NCBI GenBank assembly: GCA_964412905.1
Contig: CAYPQL010000005.1
Coordinates: 1 to 37,660, forward strand
Direction of reading: 5' to 3'
Source: an uncultured Candidatus Saccharibacteria bacterium
GTDB lineage: Bacteria; Patescibacteriota; Minisyncoccia; JAHIHE01; JAGLIN01
Length of the DNA: 37,660 nucleotides
Shown here: positions 18,628-27,287 of the stretch, in pieces
How the letters are laid out: each line of letters starts with the position of its first letter
Numbering within the stretch: position 1 is the first letter of the stretch
Program-made: the position numbers and the translations under genes
Notes under the pieces: model-generated
Databases searched by the model: none
The model's input: only the letters and a program-made list of their open reading frames with translations
Told to the model about the DNA's origin: nothing

Positions 18628-20187
18628 ATGTTTGACTTTCCAAATTCCAAACCTAGCAATAGCAAAGACTATTGTATCCAAAGAAGCATTGAAATTTTGC
18701 CCGGGATTATAACATGGTCTTTTTTGATCGGAAGTTTTTATTTTGCTTTGAAGGCGCCTATAGCGGTGGCGATTTTTATTATAATTTTTGATCTGTATTG
18801 GATGGTGAAAATTTTTTATATTACCATTTTTATAATATTCGGATATAGAAGAATTAAAATTTGGGAAAAGATAGACTGGCTGGAAAAGTGCGAGAAATTT
18901 TCCCGTGGAGGCTTAACCTCTAAATTGGAGGCTAAGCCTCCACGGGAAAACTGGCGCGATTTGTATCACTTAGTAATCATTCCGACATACAAAGAAGGGC
19001 TGGAAATTTTGGAGCCGGCTCTTAACTCAATTTTAAATTCCGATTATCCGAAAGACAGGATGATTCTCGTTGCCGCTTTTGAAGAAAGAGCGGGGAGTGA
19101 GGCGTTGGAAAAAGCAAGAATTTTGGAAGAAAAATATAAAGACAAATTTTTTGCATATCTTACGACTTTTCATCCTGATGGAATTGCTGGCGAGGCAAAA
19201 GTCAAAGGCGCGAATGCCAGCTGGGCGGCGGAGGAAGCGAGGATATTTTTGGACGAAAAAAATATCAAATACGAGAATGCCGTAGTTTCCACTTTTGACT
19301 GCGACACTTGCGTCCATCCGAAATATTTCTCGGCTCTGGCGTATCAATTCATGAAAAATCCCAAAAGGCATCAATGCAGTTATCAGCCGCTTCCTCTTTA
19401 TAACAATAATATTTGGCAGACAAACAGCATTGTAAGGGTTATAATGGTGAGCTCGTCGTTTTGGCAGATTATGCAATGTGTTCGCTACAACAAGCTGGTG
19501 ACATTTTCCAGCCATTCAATGAGCTTCAAAACGCTCGTTGATGTTGATTATTGGCCGAGAGATATGATTTCCGATGATTCAATTATTTTCTGGAAATGTT
19601 ATCTTCTTTATCATGGCGATTATTTTGTTGAGCCGATTTTTTTGACTGTTTCTCTGGACGCGGTTCTTTCTAACAGCTATCTAAAAACCGTGATCAGCCA
19701 ATACAAACAGCAACGGCGATGGGCGTGGGGAATTGAAAATGTTCCTATAATTTATCGGGCGTTTTTGAAAGACAAAAAAATACCGCTATCTAAAAAATTG
19801 AGCAAAGGATGGGAAGAGCTTACCGGCAGAATTTCGTGGGGACTGACTCCGATAATCATTGCTCTCTTCGGCTGGCTCCCGATCTGGCTCGGAGGAGATG
19901 CATTTAATCAAACAGTTTTAGCTTCAAATCTTCCCAAAGTTCTGGGCTACCTGATGACCTTCGCGATGTTCGGGCTTATTGTGTCTATGTTCCTTTCCTT
20001 ATTTCTTCTTCCTCCTCCGCCCAAGAAAATCAGCCTATTAAAAAAATCCATTATGATAATTCAATGGATCCTCGCCCCTCTCGTCGCCATCCCCCTCGGC
20101 GCCCTTCCTATGATCGACGCCCAAACCAGAATGCTTTTCGGAAAATATATGGAATTTATGGTGACGGAGAAGATTAGGAAGAAATAG
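18628..20187 (+). CDS. Membrane-bound family 2 glycosyltransferase (processive type)
   Basis: IIPTYKE, DxD motif (DCD), QxxRW motif (QQRRW) and N- and C-terminal TM helices. Confidence 0.88.
   Translation: MFDFPNSKPSNSKDYCIQRSIEILPGIITWSFLIGSFYFALKAPIAVAIFIIIFDLYWMVKIFYITIFIIFGYRRIKIWEKIDWLEKCEKFSRGGLTSKLEAKPPRENWRDLYHLVIIPTYKEGLEILEPALNSILNSDYPKDRMILVAAFEERAGSEALEKARILEEKYKDKFFAYLTTFHPDGIAGEAKVKGANASWAAEEARIFLDEKNIKYENAVVSTFDCDTCVHPKYFSALAYQFMKNPKRHQCSYQPLPLYNNNIWQTNSIVRVIMVSSSFWQIMQCVRYNKLVTFSSHSMSFKTLVDVDYWPRDMISDDSIIFWKCYLLYHGDYFVEPIFLTVSLDAVLSNSYLKTVISQYKQQRRWAWGIENVPIIYRAFLKDKKIPLSKKLSKGWEELTGRISWGLTPIIIALFGWLPIWLGGDAFNQTVLASNLPKVLGYLMTFAMFGLIVSMFLSLFLLPPPPKKISLLKKSIMIIQWILAPLVAIPLGALPMIDAQTRMLFGKYMEFMVTEKIRKK
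18898..18950. repeat. REP-like palindrome in frame within the GT2 gene
   Basis: TTTTCCCGTGGAGGCTTAACCTC-TAAATTG-GAGGCTAAGCCTCCACGGGAAAA, encoding FSRGGLTSKLEAKPPREN. Confidence 0.9.
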
Positions 20188-20223
20188 AATTTAGAATTTG
20201 TAATGATGAATACGGGGGTTTTT

Positions 20224-20254
20224 GAGATAAAAAAAATAGGAAATGTTTTCCTAT
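20224..20254 (-). terminator. Terminator of the small ORF, duplicated at 20640-20668
   Basis: On the minus strand, an ATAGGA..TCCTAT hairpin plus T tract; 18 nt identical to 20640-20657. Confidence 0.65.
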
Positions 20255-20256
20255 TG

Positions 20257-20559
20257 TTATGTTTCTATTGCTTTAAATCGCGGGATCCATCCTCCATCAT
20301 GAGTGGAAACCCAGTCATGCTGAGGCAATTTATCTTGAAATACAAGTTCTGATACCTCAAATTTCAAAGCATGGATCGCCTCTAATAAATCTATTTTTTC
20401 TGTTTCACATGGATATTCATGCTCCATATCCTCCCACACAAGCGCGGCGAAATCCTCCATGGATAAGGGATACTTGCAGCTCATTATTTTTTGTTCTATC
20501 TCAGCCTTTTTATTTTCAATGAATTCTTCTAGCTTTGGGTCAAATTTTATTTCTGGAAT
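20257..20559 (-). CDS. Hypothetical protein, probably starting at ATT 20559 (alternative ATG 20484)
   Basis: The frame stays open 25 codons upstream of the ATG, to an ATT lying 7 nt after AGGAGG. Promoter-like TTGACA-N16-TAAGAT at 20608-20581. Confidence 0.55.
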   Translation of the reverse strand: MPEIKFDPKLEEFIENKKAEIEQKIMSCKYPLSMEDFAALVWEDMEHEYPCETEKIDLLEAIHALKFEVSELVFQDKLPQHDWVSTHDGGWIPRFKAIET

Positions 20560-20639
20560 TTTTATTCCTCCTTTGCTATAATCTTATCAAATTAATCAAC
20601 AATGTCAAATTTATTTATTCCGCGAAGATTTAGCTTGTC

Positions 20640-20668
20640 GAGATAAAAAAAATAGGAGTTTATCCTAT
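20640..20668 (-). terminator. Terminator of ORF 20685-21032
   Basis: Same hairpin and T tract as 20224-20254. Confidence 0.65.
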
Positions 20669-20684
20669 GTTATTTATTCTTGTT

Positions 20685-21032
20685 TTAATATCCCTTTTTC
20701 TTTATTTCTGGATATCTTTTTTCAAGTTCTTCTTTAGCTTTTTCGCTTAAGGATGGAATTTCTCTAATTATGTAAAGAAGATTTCCTTTGCTCGGATCTT
20801 TCTTTAATAATCTTTTCCAAACTTTTTTCCTTAGAAAAGGAAAATGCTTCATTACTGTAATTAGCGATGTTTCCTCGACATTCTTTATTCTCAGAAGCAT
20901 TCTTCCAAGCTTTGTTTGGGATTTATCATCAGACCTGATAGCATCGCAAAGTTGCTCTTCATTCATTTCAAGCGAATTATTTTTTGATTTTTGCTTTTCT
21001 ATTCTTTCCCTTATTTTTTTTATAAGTTTCAT
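20685..21032 (-). CDS. Hypothetical basic helical protein
   Basis: 115-aa ORF with AGGAGG 8 nt upstream and a terminator downstream. Confidence 0.65.
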   Translation of the reverse strand: MKLIKKIRERIEKQKSKNNSLEMNEEQLCDAIRSDDKSQTKLGRMLLRIKNVEETSLITVMKHFPFLRKKVWKRLLKKDPSKGNLLYIIREIPSLSEKAKEELEKRYPEIKKKGY

Positions 21033-21118
21033 CTACTATTCCTCCTATAAAAATCCGGCAAATTATTTTTTTGAATAAAATGCCATGGTTATTAATATGC
21101 TACCTAAAACAACTGAAT

Positions 21119-22155
21119 ATGTCAAATTTTTTTCTTTATTTCAATCCATTTCTTCTGGCTTTTATTTTGAGCTTTGTTTTGACGATGGGGATTATTTTGT
21201 TTTGGAATAAATATATTAGTAGAATAAAGCCTGATGTTTCCCGTTTTGGCGGGGCGGCTATTATCATTTCGTTTCTGGCGGCGATATTTTTGAGCGGAAA
21301 TCTGGCGCTTGATAATTTGAAATGGGGGATAATCGTTTCAAGTTTGATAATTTTATTTTTTGGAATATACGACGATCTAAAAAACCTGTCGTGGAAAAAA
21401 CAGCTTTTGGGGCAATTGCTAATCGTAATAATAATGATCTATGCTGGACTTCAAGTTGACTACATCGCCAATCCATTCGGCGGCGCGGAATTCAGATTAG
21501 ACAGTTTCCAGTTTCTCTGCCTAAGGCAGACCAGCCTCGGGCTGGCACTTTCCAGTTTTCAATTCTCGGCTCATTGTTTATTTTATTCTGGATCGTTGGC
21601 TTTATGAACGCAATGAATTGGCTGGACGGATTGGACGGGCTGGCTGGCGGAGTGGGATTTATCGGAGCGATAACTTTATTTTTTCTAAGCATATCCAATC
21701 TGGTCAATCAGTCGCCGCTCGGAATAATATCTATTATTCTGGCCGGAGCGATTTTAGGGTTTTTGATTTTTAATTTCTATCCTGCTAAAATTTTTATGGG
21801 AACTTCGGGCTCTATGTTCCTCGGATTTATTCTGGCTGTTCTGGCGATTTTTTCCGGCGGGAAAATCGCTACCGCTCTTTTGGTGATGGGCTTTCCGATT
21901 TTGGACGCGGTTTGGGTTATAGCTCAAAGAATAAAATCTGGAAAATCTCCATTCAAAGGCGACGCGCGGCATCTGCATTACAAGCTTTTGGAAAAAGGCT
22001 GGCCGCAGAAAAAAGTTGTTTTATTCATCTATTCCATCTGTATTATTTTCGGCGTCTCGGCCATTCTTTTTCAAAATATAAATAAATTATTTGCGCTGGC
22101 GATCTTGTTCATTTCTTTTCATCTCGTCTTGTTAAAAGTCTTAAACAAAAATTAA
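21119..22155 (+). pseudogene. WecA/TagO-like polyprenyl-phosphate sugar-1-phosphate transferase (GT4/MraY superfamily), split by a frameshift near 21515-21545
   Basis: The 5' ORF has SRFGG and GIYDD. The 3' ORF, in another frame, has NAMNWLDGLDGLA, FNFYPAKIFMG and D.RHLH. A double-hairpin element sits at the junction. Confidence 0.75.
21516..21545 (-). repeat. Double-hairpin insertion element at the frameshift
   Basis: Minus strand CCAGCCCGAGGCTGG-TCTGCCTTAGGCAGA, same architecture as 15410, 31337 and 31875. Confidence 0.85.
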
Positions 22156-22255
22156 TAAATTGCTGTATTGTTAAAATGTTTATATGAATCTCTCGCGTAT
22201 TGACAGAAAAAATATTTGTGCTAATGTGTATTAGTGATTTGAAATTAATAATTGA

Positions 22256-22591
22256 TTGCAAAATATGACTGAAAGCAGCTTTGACAAGATTAAAAAACTT
22301 ATGAAGATTGTCGGGGGCAAGGCTATCATAGTTGAAAACGGGGAGCCGACTTTTGTGATTATAAATATTGACGAGTACACTGATTTCAGCAAGATTGAAA
22401 ACTCCGCCAGCCATCCGGAAAATAACACCGAACATCCGGAAGAAAAAGAAGAAGAAATCAACAGAGATGTCGAAATTTGGAAGACAAGGCAGATTCAAAA
22501 AAGACTAAAGCAATTTAAGGCCGAGGATAATTTTATGGGACTGGATGATGAAAGAATAACGAACGATGAAATTACCGTGGAAAAACTGTAA
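22256..22591 (+). CDS. Hypothetical protein; N-terminus reminiscent of the Phd/YefM fold, acidic tail
   Basis: GGKAIIVENGEPTFVIINIDEY; promoter-like TTGACA-N16-TAATGT at 22200-22227. The start is probably ATG 22265. Confidence 0.6.
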   Translation: MQNMTESSFDKIKKLMKIVGGKAIIVENGEPTFVIINIDEYTDFSKIENSASHPENNTEHPEEKEEEINRDVEIWKTRQIQKRLKQFKAEDNFMGLDDERITNDEITVEKL

Positions 22592-22705
22592 AAATTATTT
22601 TGATATTTGACAAAAGCATCGGCAGTGTATTATAATCAATAAATGCTGAATTGAGGCAAAATTACATAAACTCGCAATAAAATATATTTGATTGCGATCA
22701 AGCGC

Positions 22706-22733
22706 TTGCCAAATTTTTTTTATGTGCTAATAT
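22706..22733 (+). promoter_or_regulatory. Putative tuf promoter
   Basis: TTGCCA-N16-TAATAT with TGn; a second candidate is TTGACA(22607)-N18-TATAAT. Confidence 0.45.
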
Positions 22734-22873
22734 ATGTGTATTGCTTTAAAAAGGAAACAGGCAATTTTGTATAAACGATATAAATTTAATATTTTTAAAA
22801 ACTAATCTTATAAATCAAAGTTTAAGAGCGACAAGTTTTCTCTTGCTTTGGTTTCTAAAAGGAGAATCATAAA

Positions 22874-24073
22874 ATGGCAGAAATATTTGACAGGTCAAAG
22901 CCGCATGTTAATGTCGGCACAATCGGTCATGTTGATCATGGAAAAACAACTCTAACCGCGGCTATTTTGTCGTGTTTGGCCGCATCTGGAAAGAAAGCTA
23001 CTAAAAAAGGCGTAAATGAAATTGACAACGCTCCGGAAGAGCGGGAGCGAGGAATTACCATCGCTACTTCTCACCAAGAATATGAATCAGACACAAGGCA
23101 CTATGCTCATGTGGACTGTCCGGGACATGCCGACTATATTAAGAATATGATTACCGGCGCGGCTCAGATGGACGGCGCTATTCTTGTCGTTGCCGCGACT
23201 GACGGACCTATGCCTCAAACCAGAGAGCACATTTTGCTTGCGAGGCAAGTCGGCGTTCCTGAAATTGTTGTCTTTATTAATAAAGTTGATCAGGTTGATG
23301 ACGCGGAACTTATTGATCTTGTTGAAGAAGAAATCAGAGAGCTATTGATAAAATATGAATTTGACGGAGCAAACATTTCTATTATAAGAGGATCCGCTTT
23401 AAAAGCCTTGGAATGCGCTTGCGGAAAACCGGAATGCGAGAAATGCAAGCCGATTTTTGATCTTATAAAAGCTCTTGACGAAAAAATTCCGGAGCCGAAA
23501 AGAGATATTGATAAGCCATTTTTAATGCCTATTGAGGACATCTTCTCTATTGAAGGAAGAGGAACTGTTGTGACGGGAAGAATTGAAAGAGGCGTTGTTA
23601 ACTTGAACCAAGAAGTGGAATTAGTTGGAATTCGAGACACGAAGAAAGTCGTCGTTACTGGAATTGAAATGTTTAATAAGCAACTGGACAGAGGGCAGGC
23701 CGGAGACAATGCCGGAGTTTTGCTTCGAAGCATCAAAAAAGAAGAAGTGGAAAGAGGTCAAGTTTTGGCTGCTATCGGTTCAATTACTCCTCACAGCGAA
23801 TTTGAAAGCGAAGTTTATGTTCTTACCAAAGAAGAAGGCGGAAGACACACTCCATTTTTCTCAGGATACAAACCACAATTTTATATCAGAACAACTGATG
23901 TGACCGGCGATGTAGTTTTGCCGGAAGGAACGGAAATGGTTATGCCTGGCGATACTGTAAAACTAGTTATCAAACTTATTTCAAAAGTAGCTATGGAAGA
24001 CGGAATGAGATTCGCAATCCGAGAAGGCGGCAGAACAGTAGGAGCCGGAGTCGTGACTAAAATCATAAAATAA
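22874..24073 (+). CDS. tuf: Elongation factor Tu
   Basis: [22 protein letters not shown] and [10 protein letters not shown]; AAGGAG SD. Confidence 0.99.
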   Translation: MAEIFDRSKPHVNVGTIGHVDHGKTTLTAAILSCLAASGKKATKKGVNEIDNAPEERERGITIATSHQEYESDTRHYAHVDCPGHADYIKNMITGAAQMDGAILVVAATDGPMPQTREHILLARQVGVPEIVVFINKVDQVDDAELIDLVEEEIRELLIKYEFDGANISIIRGSALKALECACGKPECEKCKPIFDLIKALDEKIPEPKRDIDKPFLMPIEDIFSIEGRGTVVTGRIERGVVNLNQEVELVGIRDTKKVVVTGIEMFNKQLDRGQAGDNAGVLLRSIKKEEVERGQVLAAIGSITPHSEFESEVYVLTKEEGGRHTPFFSGYKPQFYIRTTDVTGDVVLPEGTEMVMPGDTVKLVIKLISKVAMEDGMRFAIREGGRTVGAGVVTKIIK

Positions 24074-24100
24074 GGAGATTCATATCTTCTTATTTTTTGT
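24067..24100 (+). terminator. Probable terminator after tuf
   Basis: TAAGGAGAT-TCAT-ATCTTCTTA followed by TTTTTTG. Confidence 0.5.
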
Positions 24101-24122
24101 TTTACTAGTTTAAGAAAAAAAT

Positions 24123-24326
24123 ATGAATGAAGAAATTCCAGTAACTGAAGAGAAATATAAGGAACATACAGAGGATGATTTAAAAGAAGAGTTGATTGAA
24201 GTTTTGCGGAGAAAATCGAAAGAAAGAGGGACGAATATTAATGAGGATACCCTAGTAAAAATTAGAGAAGAAAAAGATCCTGGAAAAATGTTGATACTAC
24301 TTGCAGAAGTAGTAGCAGAAATTTAA
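24123..24326 (+). CDS. Small acidic hypothetical protein between tuf and rpsJ
   Basis: 67-aa Glu-rich ORF filling the spacer; no motif recognised. Confidence 0.5.
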   Translation: MNEEIPVTEEKYKEHTEDDLKEELIEVLRRKSKERGTNINEDTLVKIREEKDPGKMLILLAEVVAEI

Positions 24327-24368
24327 TATATCAAACATAATCCATAATTAATCCAAGTAAAAACCTAA

Positions 24369-24704
24369 ATGCCAGAAAATACGAAAGAGGAAGGCGAATC
24401 AAAGCCGAAGATTCGAGTGAAAATTAAAGCTTATGATCACAAGGTGATTGATCAGTCCGCAAAACAAATCGTGGAGACTGCTCTTCGAAATGGAGCGTCC
24501 GTCAGAGGGCCTATACCTTTGCCTACTGAGATTAGCAAAATCACGCTAAACAGTTCAACATTTGTTCACAAAGACGCCAGAGACCAGTATGAAATGAGAG
24601 TTCACAAGAGATTAGTTGATATTTTTGATTTAAGCCCGAAAATAATTGATTCTCTGACAAACTTGAATCTGCCGGCCGGAGTTTTTATAGAAATTAAAAT
24701 GTAA
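24369..24704 (+). CDS. rpsJ: 30S ribosomal protein S10
   Basis: IRVKIKAYDH, GPIPLPT and HKRLVDI. Confidence 0.97.
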   Translation: MPENTKEEGESKPKIRVKIKAYDHKVIDQSAKQIVETALRNGASVRGPIPLPTEISKITLNSSTFVHKDARDQYEMRVHKRLVDIFDLSPKIIDSLTNLNLPAGVFIEIKM

Positions 24705-24710
24705 CAAAAT

Positions 24711-24796
24711 TGTCATTTCGAACGCCTCGTGAGAAATCTAAGAGTTATAGAAATATCTAAAGTTTATAGATTTCTCGCTATTCGCTCGAAATGACA
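24711..24796 (+). repeat. TGTCAT-family inverted doublet (TTCGA subtype)
   Basis: TGTCATTTCGAAC..GAGAAATCT-N28-AGATTTCTC..TCGAAATGACA. Confidence 0.95.
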
Positions 24797-25001
24797 AATA
24801 TGTTGTTTTATAATTTGAAGAAGTTAGCAATGTAATGAAGTTAACAATTTAATATTTTATGCTAGTTTAAGTGCTTATTTGCTGGATCTCGTGAAAAATT
24901 TCCGGTTAAGAAGTAATTAAGAGTATACTGAATTAGCCAATTAGAAATCGGATAATAACGGTTGCAGTTGGTTGAATTGTCTGGTTTTTTTATTTGCATC
25001 G

Positions 25002-25027
25002 ATTTCTACCCGGCTTTAGCCGAGGGT
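25002..25027 (+). repeat. 26-bp hairpin repeat, copy 2
   Basis: ATTTCTACCCGGCTTTAGCCGAGGGT. Confidence 0.9.
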
Positions 25028-25119
25028 TTGCGAGGTTTTAAACTCGTGAGAAAAAAAATATTGAAACAGTTTAAGATTAAAATAATCACTCAGCTACTCT
25101 AAAAAATATTCTAGAAATC

Positions 25120-25213
25120 TGTCATTTCGAACGCCTCGTGAGAAATCTAAAAACTATAGAAATATCTAAGGTTTATAGATCTCTCAATCGCTGATGCTCA
25201 TTTCGAGATGACA
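25120..25213 (+). repeat. TGTCAT-family inverted doublet (TTCGA subtype)
   Basis: Left arm identical to 24711; right arm is the exact reverse complement of the left arm at 37307. Confidence 0.95.
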
Positions 25214-25288
25214 AGTTTAATGAGAAAATTAACTTACAAAAAACAATATAACAATTTAACAATACAGCAATATAACAATTTAAATCAT

Positions 25289-25921
25289 ATGAAATTTATT
25301 CTAGGGAAAAAAATAGGGATGAGCCAAATCTTCAATGAAGAAAATAAGGAAGTTATTCCTGTGACTTTGATTGAGGCCGGACCTTGCGTCGTTACAAAAC
25401 TTATTACGAAAGAAAAAGATGGTTATCAAGCTATTCAAGTCGGATTTTTGGAAAAGAAAAAAATCAACAAACCTTTGGCAGGACATTTGAAAGAACTGGG
25501 AAAATTTAGATATCTCGTAGAATTCAGAACAGAAGAAGACAATAAAGAATACAAAATCGGAGAAAAAATAGAAGCCTCAACTTTTGAAATAGGGGACGAT
25601 ATAAGAGTAATTGGAACTTCAAAGTCAAAAGGATTTCAGGGAGTTATGAAAAGACATGGTTTTAGAGGCGGTCCAGCATCGCACGGACAAAAACACAGCA
25701 ACAGAAAACCGGGAACTATCGGCAGCGGATTTCCAGAGCATGTGACAAAAGGAAAAAGAATGGCCGGAAGAATGGGCGGAGGACAGATCACTCAGCTTGG
25801 GTTGAAAGTCGCGGGCATTGACAAAGATAAAAATTTGTTGTTAATTAAAGGTTCAGTGCCGGGAAATATCGGGTCATTGGTGGAGATTATAACAAAGAAG
25901 GAAAATAGAAAGAATAATTAA
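25289..25921 (+). CDS. rplC: 50S ribosomal protein L3
   Basis: MKFILGKKIGMSQIF, KGFQGVMKRH and KGKRMAGRMG. The start was moved to 25289 because the upstream extension is repeat DNA. Confidence 0.97.
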   Translation: MKFILGKKIGMSQIFNEENKEVIPVTLIEAGPCVVTKLITKEKDGYQAIQVGFLEKKKINKPLAGHLKELGKFRYLVEFRTEEDNKEYKIGEKIEASTFEIGDDIRVIGTSKSKGFQGVMKRHGFRGGPASHGQKHSNRKPGTIGSGFPEHVTKGKRMAGRMGGGQITQLGLKVAGIDKDKNLLLIKGSVPGNIGSLVEIITKKENRKNN

Positions 25922-25972
25922 TATCCGAAAACTTGTTTAAGTTTATTTTACAAAAAAGTAATTTATAAATAT

Positions 25973-26605
25973 ATGATAAAAGCCAAGGTTTATAATCTGG
26001 AAGGAGCGGAAACGGGAGAAATTGAACTTTCGGAAAGAATTTTTAGAGTGGAGATGAAAGACGATCTGGTCCATCAAGCATTTGTCGCGCAAATTTCAAA
26101 TTCAAGGCAGGTTTTGGCTGATACGAAAGACAGAGGAGAAGTTAGGGGCGGAGGAAAAAAACCTTGGAAGCAGAAGGGAACGGGAAGATCAAGACACGGT
26201 TCAAGCAGATCTCCGATTTGGAAAGGCGGAGGAGTTACTTTCGGGCCTACTTCCGACAGAAATTACAGCAAGAAAATAAACAAGAAAATGAAAGCTAAAG
26301 CTCTTTTTATGGTTCTTTCTTCAAAGGCAAGAGATAATGAAATGATAATTTTGGACGACGCGAAGCTGGAAAAAGTTTCAACAAAAACGATGAGCGGCGC
26401 CTTGAAAAAATTGCCGGTGAAGGGAAAAATCCTGTTTTCTTTGAGCAAAAAAAATGATCAAGTTTTCAAGTCAATCAAAAATATTCCCGATGTTTCAATG
26501 ATCGCCAGCGATTCCTTGAATGTCGCCGATTTGCTGAAAAATAAAACTTTTATTATAGATAAAAAAGGAATAGAGATGATAGAGAAAATATATAAGCAGA
26601 AATAA
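25973..26605 (+). CDS. rplD: 50S ribosomal protein L4
   Basis: TKDRGEVRGGGKKPWKQKGTGR and GGGVTFGP. Confidence 0.97.
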   Translation: MIKAKVYNLEGAETGEIELSERIFRVEMKDDLVHQAFVAQISNSRQVLADTKDRGEVRGGGKKPWKQKGTGRSRHGSSRSPIWKGGGVTFGPTSDRNYSKKINKKMKAKALFMVLSSKARDNEMIILDDAKLEKVSTKTMSGALKKLPVKGKILFSLSKKNDQVFKSIKNIPDVSMIASDSLNVADLLKNKTFIIDKKGIEMIEKIYKQK

Positions 26606-26650
26606 TTTGTAAGATATTTTAAGAAAATTCAGAAAATAATATAAAATAAT

Positions 26651-27079
26651 ATGGGAATTCTAGATAAAATCATAAAAAAAGACAAGGAAGGCAAATCTCC
26701 CGAAAAGGATTTTAAGCAAGAAAAGAATGCTAAGAAGCAAGAAAAGAAAGCGGTTTCTAAGGTTAAAAAAGTTTCCAAAGACAAGATACCAAATAATTAT
26801 TTTGACTTGATAAGGAAGCCGCACATTTCCGAAAAAACTTTTAATCTTTCCAAAGAAGGTCAGTATGTTTTTATAATTTCCGACAGGTCTAATAAATCAG
26901 AGATAAAAAAGGCGGTTGAAAGTCTGTATGGAGTTTCTGTCGTAAGCGTTAATGTCATCAGCGTGCCGTCCAAGCCTAAAATGTCCAAAGGCAAACCGAG
27001 TGTTAAAGACGGATACAGAAAAGCGATAGTCAAACTGGCGAAAGGACAAAGCATTGATGTAATGAAGGAAACGAAATAA
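26651..27079 (+). CDS. rplW: 50S ribosomal protein L23 with a Lys-rich N-terminal extension
   Basis: IRKPHISEK, NKSEIKKAVE and RKAIVKL; operon position. Confidence 0.93.
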   Translation: MGILDKIIKKDKEGKSPEKDFKQEKNAKKQEKKAVSKVKKVSKDKIPNNYFDLIRKPHISEKTFNLSKEGQYVFIISDRSNKSEIKKAVESLYGVSVVSVNVISVPSKPKMSKGKPSVKDGYRKAIVKLAKGQSIDVMKETK

Positions 27080-27110
27080 ATTGCTAAATTGTTGCATCGC
27101 TAAACTTTTC

Positions 27111-27216
27111 TGTCATTCTGAATTTATTTCAGAATCTATCGCATGCTATATTTAGCCTAAAATAAGCAAATATAACCTTAGCAGCAAGAAGATCCTGAAA
27201 CGAGTTCAGGATGACA
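27111..27216 (+). repeat. TGTCAT-family inverted doublet (CTGAA subtype), no insert
   Basis: TGTCATTCTGAATTTATTTCAGAATCT ... AGATCCTGAAACGAGTTCAGGATGACA. Confidence 0.95.
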
Positions 27217-27287
27217 ATGAGAGGATTTAAAATAATATCAAATATAGATAGCAATTTAGCAATACAACAATTTAACAATATAATCAT

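Noticed and set aside
25208-25288. N-terminal extension of L3 in the ORF track
   Set aside because: It starts inside a TGTCAT arm and translates an octamer array. The conserved L3 start is at 25289.
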